A stretch of DNA of 64,000 nt from Eledone cirrhosa (lineage: Eukaryota), in assembly GCA_964016885.1 (NCBI GenBank), contig OZ024740.1:238204001-238268000 (forward strand). The letters run 5' to 3'. Positions 26,030-39,475 of the stretch are shown here, in pieces; the first letter of the stretch is position 1, and every line of letters begins with the position of its first letter. The translations under genes and the position numbers were made by a program. The notes under the pieces were generated by a model. The model saw only the letters and a list, made by a program, of their open reading frames with translations, did no database searches and was not told the DNA's origin.

Positions 26030-27242
26030 TTGGCCCATTACGTGCACTGCGGCATTCATATTTCTCAACTTATTATAACTAAGTCCATACAACAAGCTTC
26101 ACTTATCAAAACTGTTCTAGATTACGTGAATGAATTGCGGAAACTATATAGTACATCAGGGAAATTTAAGCAAGCGTATTTATCAGAACATGATGAAGAA
26201 AATGAAGTATCGTCACCACGCCCCTTAACACTTGTGTGCCCTACTCGATGGCTAACACGACTTTCTGCAGTCAAAGCCCTTCTTGACAATTATTCAGATG
26301 TCCCTATTTCTTTACAAGAGGCAACAAATGAGTTTGGCACCAACATTGCACCCAGAGCTAATGTTATTCTTACGTGTCACTCTCCGGGTCAGTGTGTTCT
26401 TGGATTGCACGTTGTAGTTCCATTACTTCAATTCTTTGAAGGATTGAACAAATCTTTTCAAAGTACCACCTTCAATCTAGGTAGCATGTTGCTTCTTTGA
26501 ACTGTTCGACTCTATCATTGAGTTTCTTCGGGGACGCAACACACAACTGTATAATAAAAAACCCTCGATGTGAGGCAAGACTGCGCCTACCTTGCCGACA
26601 TCTTCGACAAATGCAATAGCCTCATTATGGTTTTGCAGGAGGAGAAGATCACCTTGTTTAAAGCAAGGAATGCTGTGAAAATATTCCTGGCCAAATTGAA
26701 AGTCATCGAAAGGAATCTTTGTCGACGGGAATTCTATAATTTTCCTAGTGTCGCCAATGTTCAAAACATTGTGAGCGATGACCAACTCCAAATTTATACC
26801 GCGCACCTCCGTGCACTACAAGACAGCATGAGAGAACGGTTTGTCGACCTTTTGCAGATGGACATCCCAATGTGGATAGCAGATCTCTTCATAGCTAACG
26901 TCGACAATTTCGACGTTAAATTTCAGGAAGAATTAATTGAACTTCAGACAGATGACATTATCAAAATTAAATTTTCCAAAATAGGTGAACCCCTTTTTTT
27001 GGATGCAAGAGGAAATTCAGCGTCGATTTCCACTCCCACATGCAGAGGCTAAGAGATTTGCTTTGCCTTTTCCTAGCTCATACTGAGTCGAGAGGGGGTT
27101 TGGCGTTGTTTCCAGACTGCATAGTAAGGCTCGCAACCGCTACAATGTGATTGCACATGGAGATCTCCGGCTACAGCTCACGAAAATCCAGCCTGACGTC
27201 AAATAGTTAGCTAGACTCCATGAAGCTCAAGGGTCCCATTGA
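26030..27242 (+). pseudogene. hAT transposase remnants
   Basis: HYVHCGIH and CPTRWLTR motifs; AYLADIF...ERFVDL; C-terminal FPSSY*VERGF...GDLRLQLTKIQPD; stops and frameshifts. Confidence 0.85.
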
Positions 27243-28719
27243 AACGAGGTCAAAGTAAGTCGATTTTTTATTTGTAGTTGCAGTCTGAATGGACTGGAAA
27301 CCATCTACCACAATTCACTTACTCATTTGTTGTATATATTTTACCGTTTACTAATGAATATACCCTCTTACGTGGTCATGAAAACCCTCTTCCGTGGTCT
27401 CTAAGCTCACAAAGCGGAGGGGACATCAAGTTAGATATCAACATTTATTCTGTCCGTTTCATTAAAGGGAAAATTGGAAAGCTTTGAAATAATACAATTG
27501 CCACTTTCTTCCAGATAAGAGCACTCTTTGGATAGACAGAGTTGCTTTTGTATAAATGTTCAAAATAGCTGGTATCGTCTGGTGGGAATATAACAAATTC
27601 AACTGGTCCTTATTCATAAAAAAGAACATTTATGTTCCTTTTTTTTTAATTTATATACTTCCTTTCAAGGAATGTATTTATACTTTCAACTGCCTGCAAT
27701 GGTATCTTTGGAATATCGTTAATCAATTTTTTAGTAATCTACTGATATCAAAATCAGTAGTACATTGAAAAATGGAAAAATAGGGTAGGGGGGGGGGGGG
27801 GGCGTTTCGTGATTTTGAGGGGCAAAAGGAGGCGTTTGGCCGAAATGGGTTGAGAACCTTTGGTCTACAGTACTGAAGCAGGGCTACTGACCTCCCAGAC
27901 ATGCTGGTGTGATATGGCAGAGTGATGAATAGGGAAGGGCAAGGGGTGACTTTTAAGAGCGTGGGGGGGTCCAGTGGTGAGAACATCAAAGTGGGGATAG
28001 CACTGAAGTGGGAGCATGGAGGGTTTGAACTATAGTGGGGAGGAAGGGGCACAATGAAAGGATAAAATATACTAATACTTTGGAATAAAAGGAGACATGG
28101 CCAGGGAACTATATGAATAAAACTGACTTATTTTAGTCAGTCTAGCTTATATGCCCCTTAAGTTTAGTATGTTTAATTACATCTCTGAGTTGATAATGTA
28201 TGAATATATTTTATTCTTTCATTGAGATGTCTAAGTATTAGAGACAAATAACTTTTGGTATTAGCCACTCCTTCATTGTAGAGTAGATTTAGACTGTTGT
28301 TGCTGTTATTTTTAGCGTTACTATAAGCCCACCATATTGTCCTAATACATAGAGAGAGATGTAATAATTTAGTAATTCAATGATGCAATGCATTGATTAC
28401 TATGCAGTGCTTTATATTCAATGTCTCCTCTTACTCCAAAGAATTCTCCACCTGAAGACGAAATTAAATTCTTCCAGTATTGATTATTCCAATGTTTTGA
28501 AATAATTACTACTGTTTCTTAGTTCCAGAAACCATGGTTGGGAAACTGTATGAGTAAAACTGACTTATTTTAGTCAGTCTAGCTTATAAATCCCCAAATC
28601 AAGATTTTGGCTTAAATTTGATATATTTAATTACTTCTCTGAGTTGATAATTTATCTTTATATTTTATACTTTCATTGAGATTTCTAAGTATTAGAGACA
28701 AATAACATTTTAATTGATA

Positions 28720-29156
<437 letters not shown>

Positions 29157-29381
29157 TGTAGTTAATATGAAGCATTGTGAGATATGTAGTAAATGACCGA
29201 TAAGTTTTTTAAAAGCTGATTCAATGCAGTAGAAAATACAAAGGGCAAATGATGGTGAATGAAACAAAACAAAACAAAGTAATGTTTTACCCAGTGTATT
29301 TTGACATGATATTTCAGGGCTCAGGACTATTACCCTCTTTTCAGATGCGAAGCTGAAACAGTCCAAGATAAAACAAATGAA

Positions 29382-29439
<58 letters not shown>

Positions 29440-29441
<2 letters not shown>

Positions 29442-30765
29442 AATTGCACAGAAGACCCCATAAAAATAGTTGATAGCTTCTGCTATCTGAGTGACTAAAT
29501 CAGCTGCGGAAGTGGTTGTGCAGAAAGCAGTTTCCTGACTAAGAACAGGATGGAAACGTTCAGGGAGTTACTGTTGCTGCTAACTACAAAAGGTCTTTCA
29601 CTCAAGATAAAAAGCAAGCTGTATGGTGTCTGTGTGTACTCAGAAATGCCGAGAACCTACAGAGATTGGAAAGAAACAAAGCCTACATGATCAGATGGAT
29701 GTATAACAGAAGTGTGCATGAACGGCAAAGTGTAAGTGTATTGAGAGTGAAATTGGGCATAAGAGGGATCAAATGCTGTGTGGAGGAGAGAAGACTGTGG
29801 CGGCGGTATGGTCTTGTGATGCACACGAAGGATGATAACTGTTTAAAAAGGTGCAGGGCTATAGAGGTTGCAGGATGGCCCCAAAGTGGAAGACCCAGGA
29901 AGATGTGGGATGAAACAATAAAGGCAGACCTGACTCAACTGAATCTCCCAATGAGGATAACACAGGACTGAGTCCTCTGGTGCTACAGCATACAACAAAA
30001 GACCAGAGTCGACAACTCAATCCTGGACTCACCACCCAGCCACACACTGCAAACATAGTCAACGGCAGGCCCACCCAGTAACATGGCTCCCTTGACACGG
30101 CCAACTGGCCCAACCTCCCTCATAAACTATGGCTCTGCTGTGAGCAGAGTACAGTGCTGTCAACTGTCCTGCCCCCACCTCATAATGATGCCATCCAATT
30201 CCACACTGCAAATGTGGTTGCAGCGGCAAAACTATTTTTTCACTGTAAGAAGGGTTCGGCGCAGCCAACTAGCCTGTCCCAACCCGTAGCAGTGCCATCT
30301 AGTTCCAGGCTCAAAAACTATGGTTGTGCTATGAGAAAGGTTTGGCGCAACCAACTGGCCTGACCCTTCTCATAATGGTGCCAACCAGTACCACACTAAC
30401 AGTTCCATACAGTTTCACAATGCAATTGTGGTTACAGATCCCAAATTATGGTCCCACTTTAAGAAGAGTTTGGTGCAGCCAACTGGCCTGCCCCTCCTCA
30501 TAATGGTGCCATCCAGTATCATGCTGTAAATGTGGTTGCAGCTCCCAAACTATGGTTTCGCTGTGAAATGGGTTTCGCACAGCCAACTGGTCTGTCCCTC
30601 CTCATAGCAGTGCCATCCAGTTCAGGCTCTGAAATGGTGGTTCCTCTGTGAGAAGGGTTCAGCACAACCAACTGCCCTGTTACTCCTCGTAGTGGTGTCA
30701 TCCAATTCTACACTGTAAATGTGGTTGTGGCTTCCAAACTATGGTTTCGCTGTGAGAATGGTTCA
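29440..30765 (+). mobile_element. Degenerate RTE LINE 3' portion with tandem 3' UTR repeats
   Basis: LERNKAYMIRWM...GRPRKMWD; repeated CAGCCAACTGGCC...CTCATAATGGTGCCATCCAG...CACTGTAAATGTGGTTG units. Confidence 0.8.
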
Positions 30766-31100
30766 GCTTCCATAAATTCTTATTGTTTTTCTTTGTATAT
30801 TTTATTAGTATTAATTTTATAAATTTTATAGCTAGTATTAACTTTGTAACAATTAATAAGGGTAACTTATATGTTCTAGTTATATAACCTGTAACTCTAT
30901 TTTAGTGAGTAGTATATATGTATCAATGTAAGGTAATTATATTTTACATTTTATCACTGATAAATTTTAATTACATCTTTAGGCTTCCATAAATTTTAAC
31001 GTTTTCAAGTGATAGAGCAAAAAAATATACATTGTAAACAAAAGCTATTTTTTTGCTCTATCACTGGAATTCCTGGGTATTAAGGTATTGATTATTTGTA

Positions 31101-31246
31101 TTTAATCGATTCTGATGAGCTTATTCTAATAGGGATGTAGTGTTCTTCTTAGTTTAATGAAACTCTTTTACTCTTTTACTTTTTTACCTGTTCCAGCCAT
31201 CCAGCTGTGGCCATGCTGGTGCACCGCATGTTGTAATTCGATTAAA
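31101..31246 (+). ncRNA. Hammerhead motif split by a SINE-tail insertion in stem-loop III
   Basis: TTTAATCGATT-CTGATGA...GAAAC [insert 31164-31227] ATGTTGTA-ATTCGATTAAA; 11-bp stem I with one mismatch. Confidence 0.6.
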
Positions 31247-31292
31247 TGATTTAATGTTCTTGTTAATCTTGTTCTTTTCATAGATATATATA

Positions 31293-31392
31293 CAGTGGAA
31301 TTCCATTATGACGAAATTCACAAGGTATAAAAAAAATTTGTTGTAAAGAAAAATTCTTTATAATGGTATTCGTTATAACGGAATTCTACCTG
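31293..31392. mobile_element. Tc1/mariner (pogo/Tigger-like) MITE
   Basis: TIRs CAGTGGAATTCCATTATGACGAA / TTCGTTATAACGGAATTCTACCTG, TA at both ends. Confidence 0.7.
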
Positions 31393-32578
31393 TATATATG
31401 TGTGTGTGGGTGTGTGTGGATCATCATCATCATCATTTAACATCTGCTTTCACTGTGTGTGTGTGTGTGTGTGTATGTGTGTATGAAATCCTCATCATCA
31501 CTGTTTACTCTCTGTTTACCCTGCTATAAATGGTTGGACTTAATAATTGTTTCTACTTTTGGCACAAGGCCAGCAATTACCCAGTGCATTACTGGTACTT
31601 TATTTTATCGACCTCGTAAGGATGAAAGGTAAAGTCAACCTCGGCGGGATTTGAACTCAGATCGTAAAGGGACGTAACTATGCTGGAAAGCATGGTGTCT
31701 CCACCGATACTGCCAATCCACCGCCCTTGGACTTAATAATACTGGACTTAATAATACGGACTTAATAATACTGACATAGGTGGTACTAATAACAGTATGT
31801 TGATCTTTTACATTCTTTAGAGAATACTAGTATATCTAAGTTACAAGATAACTTTTTCTATGTTACTAAGTAACCATGAATATGTTTAGTTTCTGTGTCT
31901 ATAATACTAGGATATCTATATCTATGTTACTAGTTTGACCAGTGGCACTGCATGGAGTGTGCAGGATGTGGGGACAACTCAGGGTGGCGTTTTTAAATAT
32001 GTGTGTTTACTGTAGTCAAATCATCATCATCATCATCATCATCACCGTTTTACGTCCGTTCTTCCACGCTAGCATGGGATAGACGGGTTGTCCTGTTGTG
32101 GGCAGTGTCTGGTCGGCTGGCCATGTCTTGCTCATACAGGAACTGATTTGGCTTGATTTCTACAGCTGGATGCCCTTCCTAACACCAACCTCCTTTACAG
32201 TGAGTGCTGGGTGCTTTTTCGTGGCGCCTACACGTCCACTTTACAGTGTGGGCTGGGTGCTTTTTTGCCGTGGCACCTCCACGACCACCTTGCGGTGGGG
32301 GGTGTGGGGGCATATTGTCTATATGCTTCAGTGTGTGTTATATTTAAGGAAAGGTGCAGCCAATTTGGCTATAGCGCAGGGCAGTTAACACCCACCCTAT
32401 GCCATTGGGGTAACTATGATCATACTAAATTAATGTGTATATTATTAGGATATCTATGTCTATGTTACTAGGTAACCAATGTTACTACCTTACTATGTCT
32501 ATTTTACTAGGATATCTATCTCTATGTTACCAAGTTAAATATGACGCAAGTTGCTAAATGAATGTCTGTTACAAGATT

Positions 32579-32860
32579 GGAGGCATGTAGCCTAGTGGTT
32601 AAAGTGTTGGACTAATGATCATAATGTCATCGGTTCAATTCCTGGACTGGATTGTGTGTTGTGTTCTTGAGCAAAACACTTCATTTCACATTGCTCCAGT
32701 ATGCTCAGCTGAAAATGAATACCAGCAAAGCTGGGGGTTTGTCCCTGCAATGGGCTGGCATTGTTTCCAATGGGGTTCTTGTACTTTCAATTGCTTCACT
32801 CCATAGAAACTAGGATAAGGACTGGCCTGATGAGCCTCTGGGCTCGAGACAGACTTTTAG
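32579..32860 (+). mobile_element. tRNA-derived SINE family B (CORE/V-like centre); fragments also near 19860, 33640, 38560, 40770
   Basis: A-box TAGCCTAGTGG, B-box GGTTCAATTCC, centre TGTGTTCTTGAGCAAAACACTTCATTTCAC. Confidence 0.75.
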
Positions 32861-33799
32861 TTGTTACTAGATAACTATTTTTATGTTACAAAGTAATCTT
32901 AATCATGTTGGTAACTTACTATTAATTAGCAGCATCACTAACAGAAGACCTGACACCCCCCCCCCCCCCCACGGGTACAAGCCGAAGCTGAAGCATATAG
33001 ACAATATGCTCCCACACCCTCCCACTGCAAAGTAGACATGTAGGCGCCATGGAAAAAAGCCCCAGCACTCACTGTAAATGAGGTTGGTGTTAGGGAGGGC
33101 ATCCAGCTGTAGAAATCAAGCCAGAATCAGTTCCCGTATGAGCAAGGCATGGTCAGCCGACCGGTTACTGCCCACAACAGGACAACCCATGCTAGTGTGG
33201 AAGAACGGACGTAAAATGGTGATGATGATGATGATGATGATGATGATGACTAACATAGTCTGGTTCATAATAGAGGTGTATGTGAAGGCTGCATCTCCCA
33301 AACCATAGTTCCACTGTGAGAAGGGTTCAGTATGGCCTGGTTTATCATAGAGGTATATATGAAGACATATACAATGTGTTTATGTACACTAAATATACAA
33401 GAGTCTCACAATATCTGTTCACAGCCTAATGATGACTCACTATATATAGGTATGTACAATAACTGTATATCATATTCTCCCTTTGGTCAAGGCTAACCAT
33501 AGGTTTACATCGAGAAAATTCCACTTCACAAAACTGAGTACGGTGTCTTTGTGGATAACCAACAGTTGCCCGTCCATGCCTGTCTTCCTTCTCTATGCCA
33601 CTGATGTTGTCCAAGGGAAAGACAAAAGCCGATTCAGCTTGACACCAGTTGATTTAACTGGAGCAACATGAAATAAAGTATTTTGCTCAAGAACACAACA
33701 CACCACCCAGTTCAAGAACTGAACTCACAACTTCACAATTGTAAGCCCAACATTCTAACCGCACATACTTACATAATCATTATACATAGCCTAATGATG

Positions 33800-34162
33800 A
33801 CTGGGTATATATGAGTATGTATAATGACTGTATATAGTTGTGAGTATATATGAGGGTGTATAATTACTATACATAGTTGTGGTATATATTAGGATGTAAA
33901 ATGACTGTACATAGTTGTGAGTATGCATGAAGATGTATAATGACTATAAATAGTTATGGTATATATGAGAAAGTATGATTATTGTATATAGCAATGGGTA
34001 TATATGAGGATGTATAATGACTCTATATAGTTATGGGTATATATTAGGATACTTAATGACTATACATAGTTATGGGTATATATGAGGATGTATAAAGACT
34101 ATATATATCAGTGGGTATATATGAGGATGTATAATGACTGTATATAGCAGTGGGTATATATG
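33800..34162. repeat. About 39-bp minisatellite, roughly 9 diverged copies
   Basis: Unit approx. GGGTATATATGAGGATGTATAATGACTGTATATAGTTAT. Confidence 0.85.
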
Positions 34163-36147
34163 TAAGCCAGTAGTTAGGGTTCATAGTTTAATGATGACAG
34201 TGGTAAGCATTATAACCTATACTACATAGCCTCAAGTATAACCATTGTCATTACTAAGCTATTTCCCTGACTACATGTCCTCATGTATACCTATTGTCAT
34301 TATTTTAGCGGTAGAACATCAGACATCATGCTTTGCAGCATAGAGTTATGGCCTTTTACGTTTTGAGTTCAAATCCTGCCAAGGTTAACTTTACCTTTCA
34401 TCCTTACGGGGTCAATAAAATAAAGAACCAGTAATGCACTGGGATAATTGCTGGCCTTGTGCCAAAAATAGAAACAATTATTTTGCTATGTACCTGTTGT
34501 ACAAGAGGTGGGGACATAGCTCACCTACCTCACAGGATATCTCACTAATTATTCTTGTCCAGAGTGGGGTATATCTGTATCCATGAGTGCCCTACCTTCT
34601 AAACCTCTGGCCAGGACATATACACATATCACTCCAGTGCATGCAGCAAAAATATGTGCTTCTCCCCAACCAACTGATAGCAAAAGAGGCACACTAAACT
34701 CCTGCTACATCCTATCTTCCCTTACATGATGTTACTCACCCTTCTGCTTCCAGCAAGGCCCTCTAGCCACATGACATTACTGACCCTTATACTTCTGGCA
34801 AGGCCCCCAGCCTCACTGTACCCTGATTATAAGTTTATATATATTTCTACTGTTAACTCTTAGATATGTATTTTAACTATAAGCTCTTTATATAACCACT
34901 GTCATCATTAGACTGTGTACTCTGCCTATAAATCCTCATATTTGTTATCAAAGTGATATGTACTCTCATATGTTGTTATGGCATCCACCTGGAGAAATTT
35001 AGCCAGTTTTTTATAAGGTTGCAGGGTCGTGACTTGGCAGAGTCTTTAGAGTGTTGGATTAAAAAAATCTTGGTATTTACTCTGATTAATTGCATTCTGT
35101 GTTCAAATCCTACCAAGGACATCTGTGCCTTTCCTCATTTTGAGGTTGGTACATAAATTACCATTACAATACTAAGGTTCCTTTATCTCTCTTCATCACT
35201 CTTTCTTTCTCTGGAAGACATCAACAATAAAGCTGGTTATAACTTAAAACTAAACAGTAAAAAAAAATGAAGAAAGAACAGTAAATAAAATGTCAAAACT
35301 AAATATTTTATTTTAATTTTCGAACCAGATTAACAAATACGGTAATACCTACATGTGCTACAAATATATATTTTTCTATTTATATATCTTTTATCTTTTT
35401 ATATATCTTCTTCCTTACATATTATGCTAATTATATGTACCTGTCAATGCTTTTCATGTACTCTTCTTACAACTTAATTAACAGATATTATACTACTTAT
35501 ATAAAGAAAATCTATAGCAAAATTCTAGATAAATAAACTATACATTAACTATACACTGCAATCTAACGACATAAAAATCACAAGTAAACAAGTCTTGCAT
35601 GGCTTTAAGGAAAATTCATTCTACATAACAAGCATTTGAATCTAATTGCTTGCTTTTACATTGAATGCTTTTTGATATTGTTTTGTTTTTCTTGTGAGGT
35701 TAAGCTTCTCTTAAATTTTATTTATTCTGTGTACGTTCCCTGAAAATATATGGTTAAAGTATAACATATATGATACAGTTAAATGTTAATTGATAATTTC
35801 CTGTTCTTCTGCAAATGAATGTGTCATTATAGCTGCATTGAAATGTGCACAGAAATGAAATAATAAATATAATTTCATATCCTTGACTTTTTTCTATTAT
35901 TGAATTCTAAATTTTCCGCTATCTGAACTGCCTTTAACAACAGGGTATTTTAATGGTCAATAACTTAATTGTCCACTTTGTACTCCTGGGGAATTGAGGA
36001 CTGTAATGTGCATAGAACTTATCTCATCTTACAAAAGTGTAGTGAAGTACTACACTATAATCACATATTTTGCATATATATGTGCGTATATATATCATCA
36101 TCATCATCGTCATCATCATTTTACGTCCGCTTTTCCCTACTTGCAAG

Positions 36148-36197
<50 letters not shown>

Positions 36198-36260
36198 GAG
36201 AGAGAGACACAACACAAAAACAAAATGGTATAGGATAGAATAAAGAGAGATACAAAAAAA

Positions 36261-36303
36261 TTCACTGAAGAGGTCACATAATGTGTGACGAAAGAGCTTT
36301 GAC
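36261..36303 (+). ncRNA. Minimal hammerhead motif in solo PLE tail (36205-36485)
   Basis: TCA-CTGAAGA-G-GTCACA...TGTGAC-GAAA-GAGC-TT-TGA; homologous to 21926-21968. Confidence 0.6.
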
Positions 36304-36569
36304 AATATATAAAGAACCATCCAGTTGTCAGTCAAACCAACCAATCAGAAATTTAAAATAAATTAAAGTGAAAACCAGAAGACATGTGTTTTTATTGGCA
36401 ACATGACCCTCCCAAAGTATAACAATATCTGTTTCAACACACGTTTTCAGATAGGAAATCCTGCAAAACAAATTCAAAGCCGAAATATATATATATATAT
36501 ATATATATAGTTATGTTTCCCTGTACCTTTCCGATGCAATTACTTCATTTACACACACACACACACACA

Positions 36570-36931
36570 TCATCATCATCAACGTTTAACGTCCGTGTTC
36601 CACGCTTGCATGGGTTTGGACGGGGGTTTTCCCACTTGAGGCAAGAGTGATCGTCTTGCTCACATAGGACTGTCTGGCAGGTTTTCTACAGTTGGATGCC
36701 CTTCCTAACACCAACCACATTTACAGTGTGGGGCTGGGAGGTTTTTACCGTGTTGCCTACACGGCCACATTTCAGCGTGGACTGTGTGTTTTTTTTGTCG
36801 TGACACCTACACGATCTCATTTGTTTCGGCCTGGATGGTGTGGCACCAACATAACTTTACATAGAAGGGGGCGGTGTGGATGGGGTGGGGGTGGTGGGAC
36901 GGGGGTGTATTTTGTTAGAGATGCCTACTGA

Positions 36932-36968
<37 letters not shown>

Positions 36969-38458
36969 GAATTAGTTGAGGACTTCCTGTATTTGGGAGC
37001 AAGGATTTGGAATACGGAAGATGATGTGGTTGAGAGGAAGAACAAAGCCTGGGCGGCGTGCCACAGTTTGAGATCGGTGTCATTTACAGTGAGTGCTGGG
37101 TGCTTTTTTTCCGTGGCGCCTACACATCCACTTTACAGTGTGGGCTGGCTTCTTTTTTGCCGTGGCACCTCCACGACCACTTTCCAGTGGGAGAGGGTGG
37201 GGGCATGTTGTCTATATGCTTCCGCTTCAGCTTGTATCCGTGGGGGGTCGAATCTTCTGTATTACTGCGTTACGCCAGAGGTCACGGTCCTGTGTTATCG
37301 CCTTTGAGAGATGTAATTGGGTAAGGTCGGCTTTTATCACCTCATCCCAGGTCTTCTTGGGTCTCCCCACTCCGCGGTTTCCATTGACTTCTAGTGCTCT
37401 GCACCTTTTTATGCAGCTGTCATCCTTCATACGCATAATATGTCCATACCAACACAACCGCCTCTCCTGCACACAGCATTTGATTCCACTTATGCTCAGT
37501 CACTCTCTCAATTCATTTATGCTTTGCCGTTCGCGTATATTACTATTAGACATCCATCGGAGCATGCAGGCTTAGTTTCTTTCTAATCTACGCAAGTGAT
37601 TCTGTAGAAACAGACAGCGCCCAGGTCTCACTACCATGCAACATCGCTGTTCGGATACACGCATCATACAGTCTGCCTTTCATTTTGAGGGAAAAGCCTT
37701 TTGCAACTAGCAGTGGCAGTAGCTCCCTGAACTTCTTCCATCCCGTTCTTACCCTAGTTATTGTACTTTCCGAACACCCACCTCCGCTGCTAATTTGGTC
37801 ACCTAGGTAGCAGAAGCTGGCTACTGTTTCTACAGAGCCCTCCCAGAGTGTGGTGGTGCTTGTTTCCTGTGGCTGTTTGCTGCTTACTATCCCAGCGCAG
37901 CTGCTACATGTGAAGCCTACATTCTTAGTTAAGCTTCCTGAGGTCCCACTACATCTCTTGCGTACCCATTGTTTGCATTTGGGGCAGAGGATGGAGTTCC
38001 TACCTACACCTTTCCTACATACTGAGCAAGGCCATTTCCGTGAGGGGATCTGGGTTCTGTTTTCTCATCTACTTACAAGGTCCTTAGTCTTTGTCAGGTT
38101 GACTTTGATACCCCTTCTTTCTAGTCCCTGCTTCCAAGTTTGGAATTTCTTCTCTAGTTCCACCATAGATTCAGCTATAAGTGCGAGGTCATCTGCATAC
38201 AGAAGTTCCATGGGCATCCGGTCTTAAACTCCTCCGTTATTGCCTGCATAACTATGATGAACAGGAGAGGGCAAATAACAGAGCCCTGGTGGACACTGAC
38301 CTGTATGCTAAATTCCTCGCTATACTCATTGCTAATCCTAACCTTGCTGACTGCTCTCCTATACATGGATTGTACAGCTTTCACAAGCCATTCATCGACT
38401 CCTAGTTTCCTAAGGGCCCACCAGATTATAGGACGGGGAACTCTGTCAAAGGCTTTCT
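36570..38458 (-). mobile_element. Degenerate RTE LINE, with a piece of a second RTE family at about 36966-37080
   Basis: KAFDRVP, HQGSVICPLLF, PHD-like finger, RRLCWYGH, GRPKKTW; embedded ELVEDFLYLGARIWNTEDDVVERK matches 59170-59282. Confidence 0.85.
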
Positions 38459-38710
38459 CATATATATATATATAAATATAACAAAGGATCGATCAACTTT
38501 CATCAAATCGGACCAAGGAAACAATGTTTCCGCCGGTCTTTCCAGTTGCTAGTACTATCTATCAGTCGCAACTCCAGGTAGAAGGAACAACGTGAAATAA
38601 AGTGTCTTGCTCAAGCACATAGTGCATCGCCCGGTCCAGGAATCGAACTCACAACCTCAAGTATATGGAAGGTGTATATTAGGTTAACACTTGATATAGC
38701 AGGAAGAGGG

Positions 38711-38746
38711 TCTTAACGTTTCGGACGCTAGTCCTTCATCAGAAGA
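38711..38746 (-). ncRNA. Ultra-minimal hammerhead motif (palindromic AACGTT stem III)
   Basis: TCTT-CTGATGA-A-GGAC-TAGC-GTCC-GAAACGTT-AAGA; lies beside a ~47-bp inverted repeat (38744-38790 / 38984-39031). Confidence 0.75.
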
Positions 38747-39067
38747 AAGAATGAGAAATAAGATGGATTGAGAGGACGGGCGGGTTGGAATCCAATTCTC
38801 TAACCACTCAGCCACACACCTTCCCACCAGGAAATCTTTCGTATCATTGAAATTTTCTTTGCTTCTTGCATTTAAATATTCCACGACTCTCTACCACTTT
38901 TCCACTATTACAATCTTCTTCTTACACCACCCTCTTCTTCTCACCCGTCTATTTTTCACTCCCACCTTCAATAGGTTTTTCCAATTCCAACCCGCCCGTC
39001 CCCTCAATCCATCTTATTTCTCATTCTTTCTACTTCGTTTAACGTCCATCTCCTATGCTAGCATGGG

Positions 39068-39110
<43 letters not shown>

Positions 39111-39115
<5 letters not shown>

Positions 39116-39291
39116 GTGGTTACACAACAGTTAGTTCACCATACCGACAACAATTGTTTCACCTTAGCGGATCCTCAGCAAACAATTGTTCTCGGTATGG
39201 TGAACTAACTGTTGTGTAACCACTTCTACCTAACTCGTCCCATGGACTGAGTACTTTACCACTACAGATATTACCTTCCAGTGTTCTACCA
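39111..39291. repeat. Palindromic mini-element (copies at about 40166-40301 and 40396-40576) with HHR-like core in the spacer
   Basis: About 49-bp arms 39111-39159 / 39180-39228; minus strand CTGAGGA-TCCGCTAAGGT-GAAAC-AATT-GTT; (TA)n flanks. Confidence 0.75.
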
Positions 39292-39292
39292 C

Positions 39293-39341
<49 letters not shown>

Positions 39342-39475
39342 TTGTTTGTTTTTGTAATGTGGTGTGTGTGTTTTAGTTTGTTTGTTTGTTATAGGTGTTT
39401 TTGTGGTGGGTAATTAAAAAAATGAATCGGAATGTTTAAATTATTTATTTTTTACGACTTTCATTGGTTAAATAT

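Noticed and set aside
28446-28512. CTGAAGA...GAAATAATTA as a hammerhead
   Set aside because: Stem I cannot be formed and the stem II closing pair is mismatched
32579-32650. Functional tRNA gene
   Set aside because: A/B boxes present but no full cloverleaf; continues into a SINE body
32827-32855. CTGATGAGCC...GGCTCGAGAC as a hammerhead
   Set aside because: No GAAA after stem II and no stem I/III; it is the SINE 3' hairpin
35200-35745. Possible minus-strand terminal exon after TATTTTCAG
   Set aside because: All frames stop within 10 codons and there is no independent support
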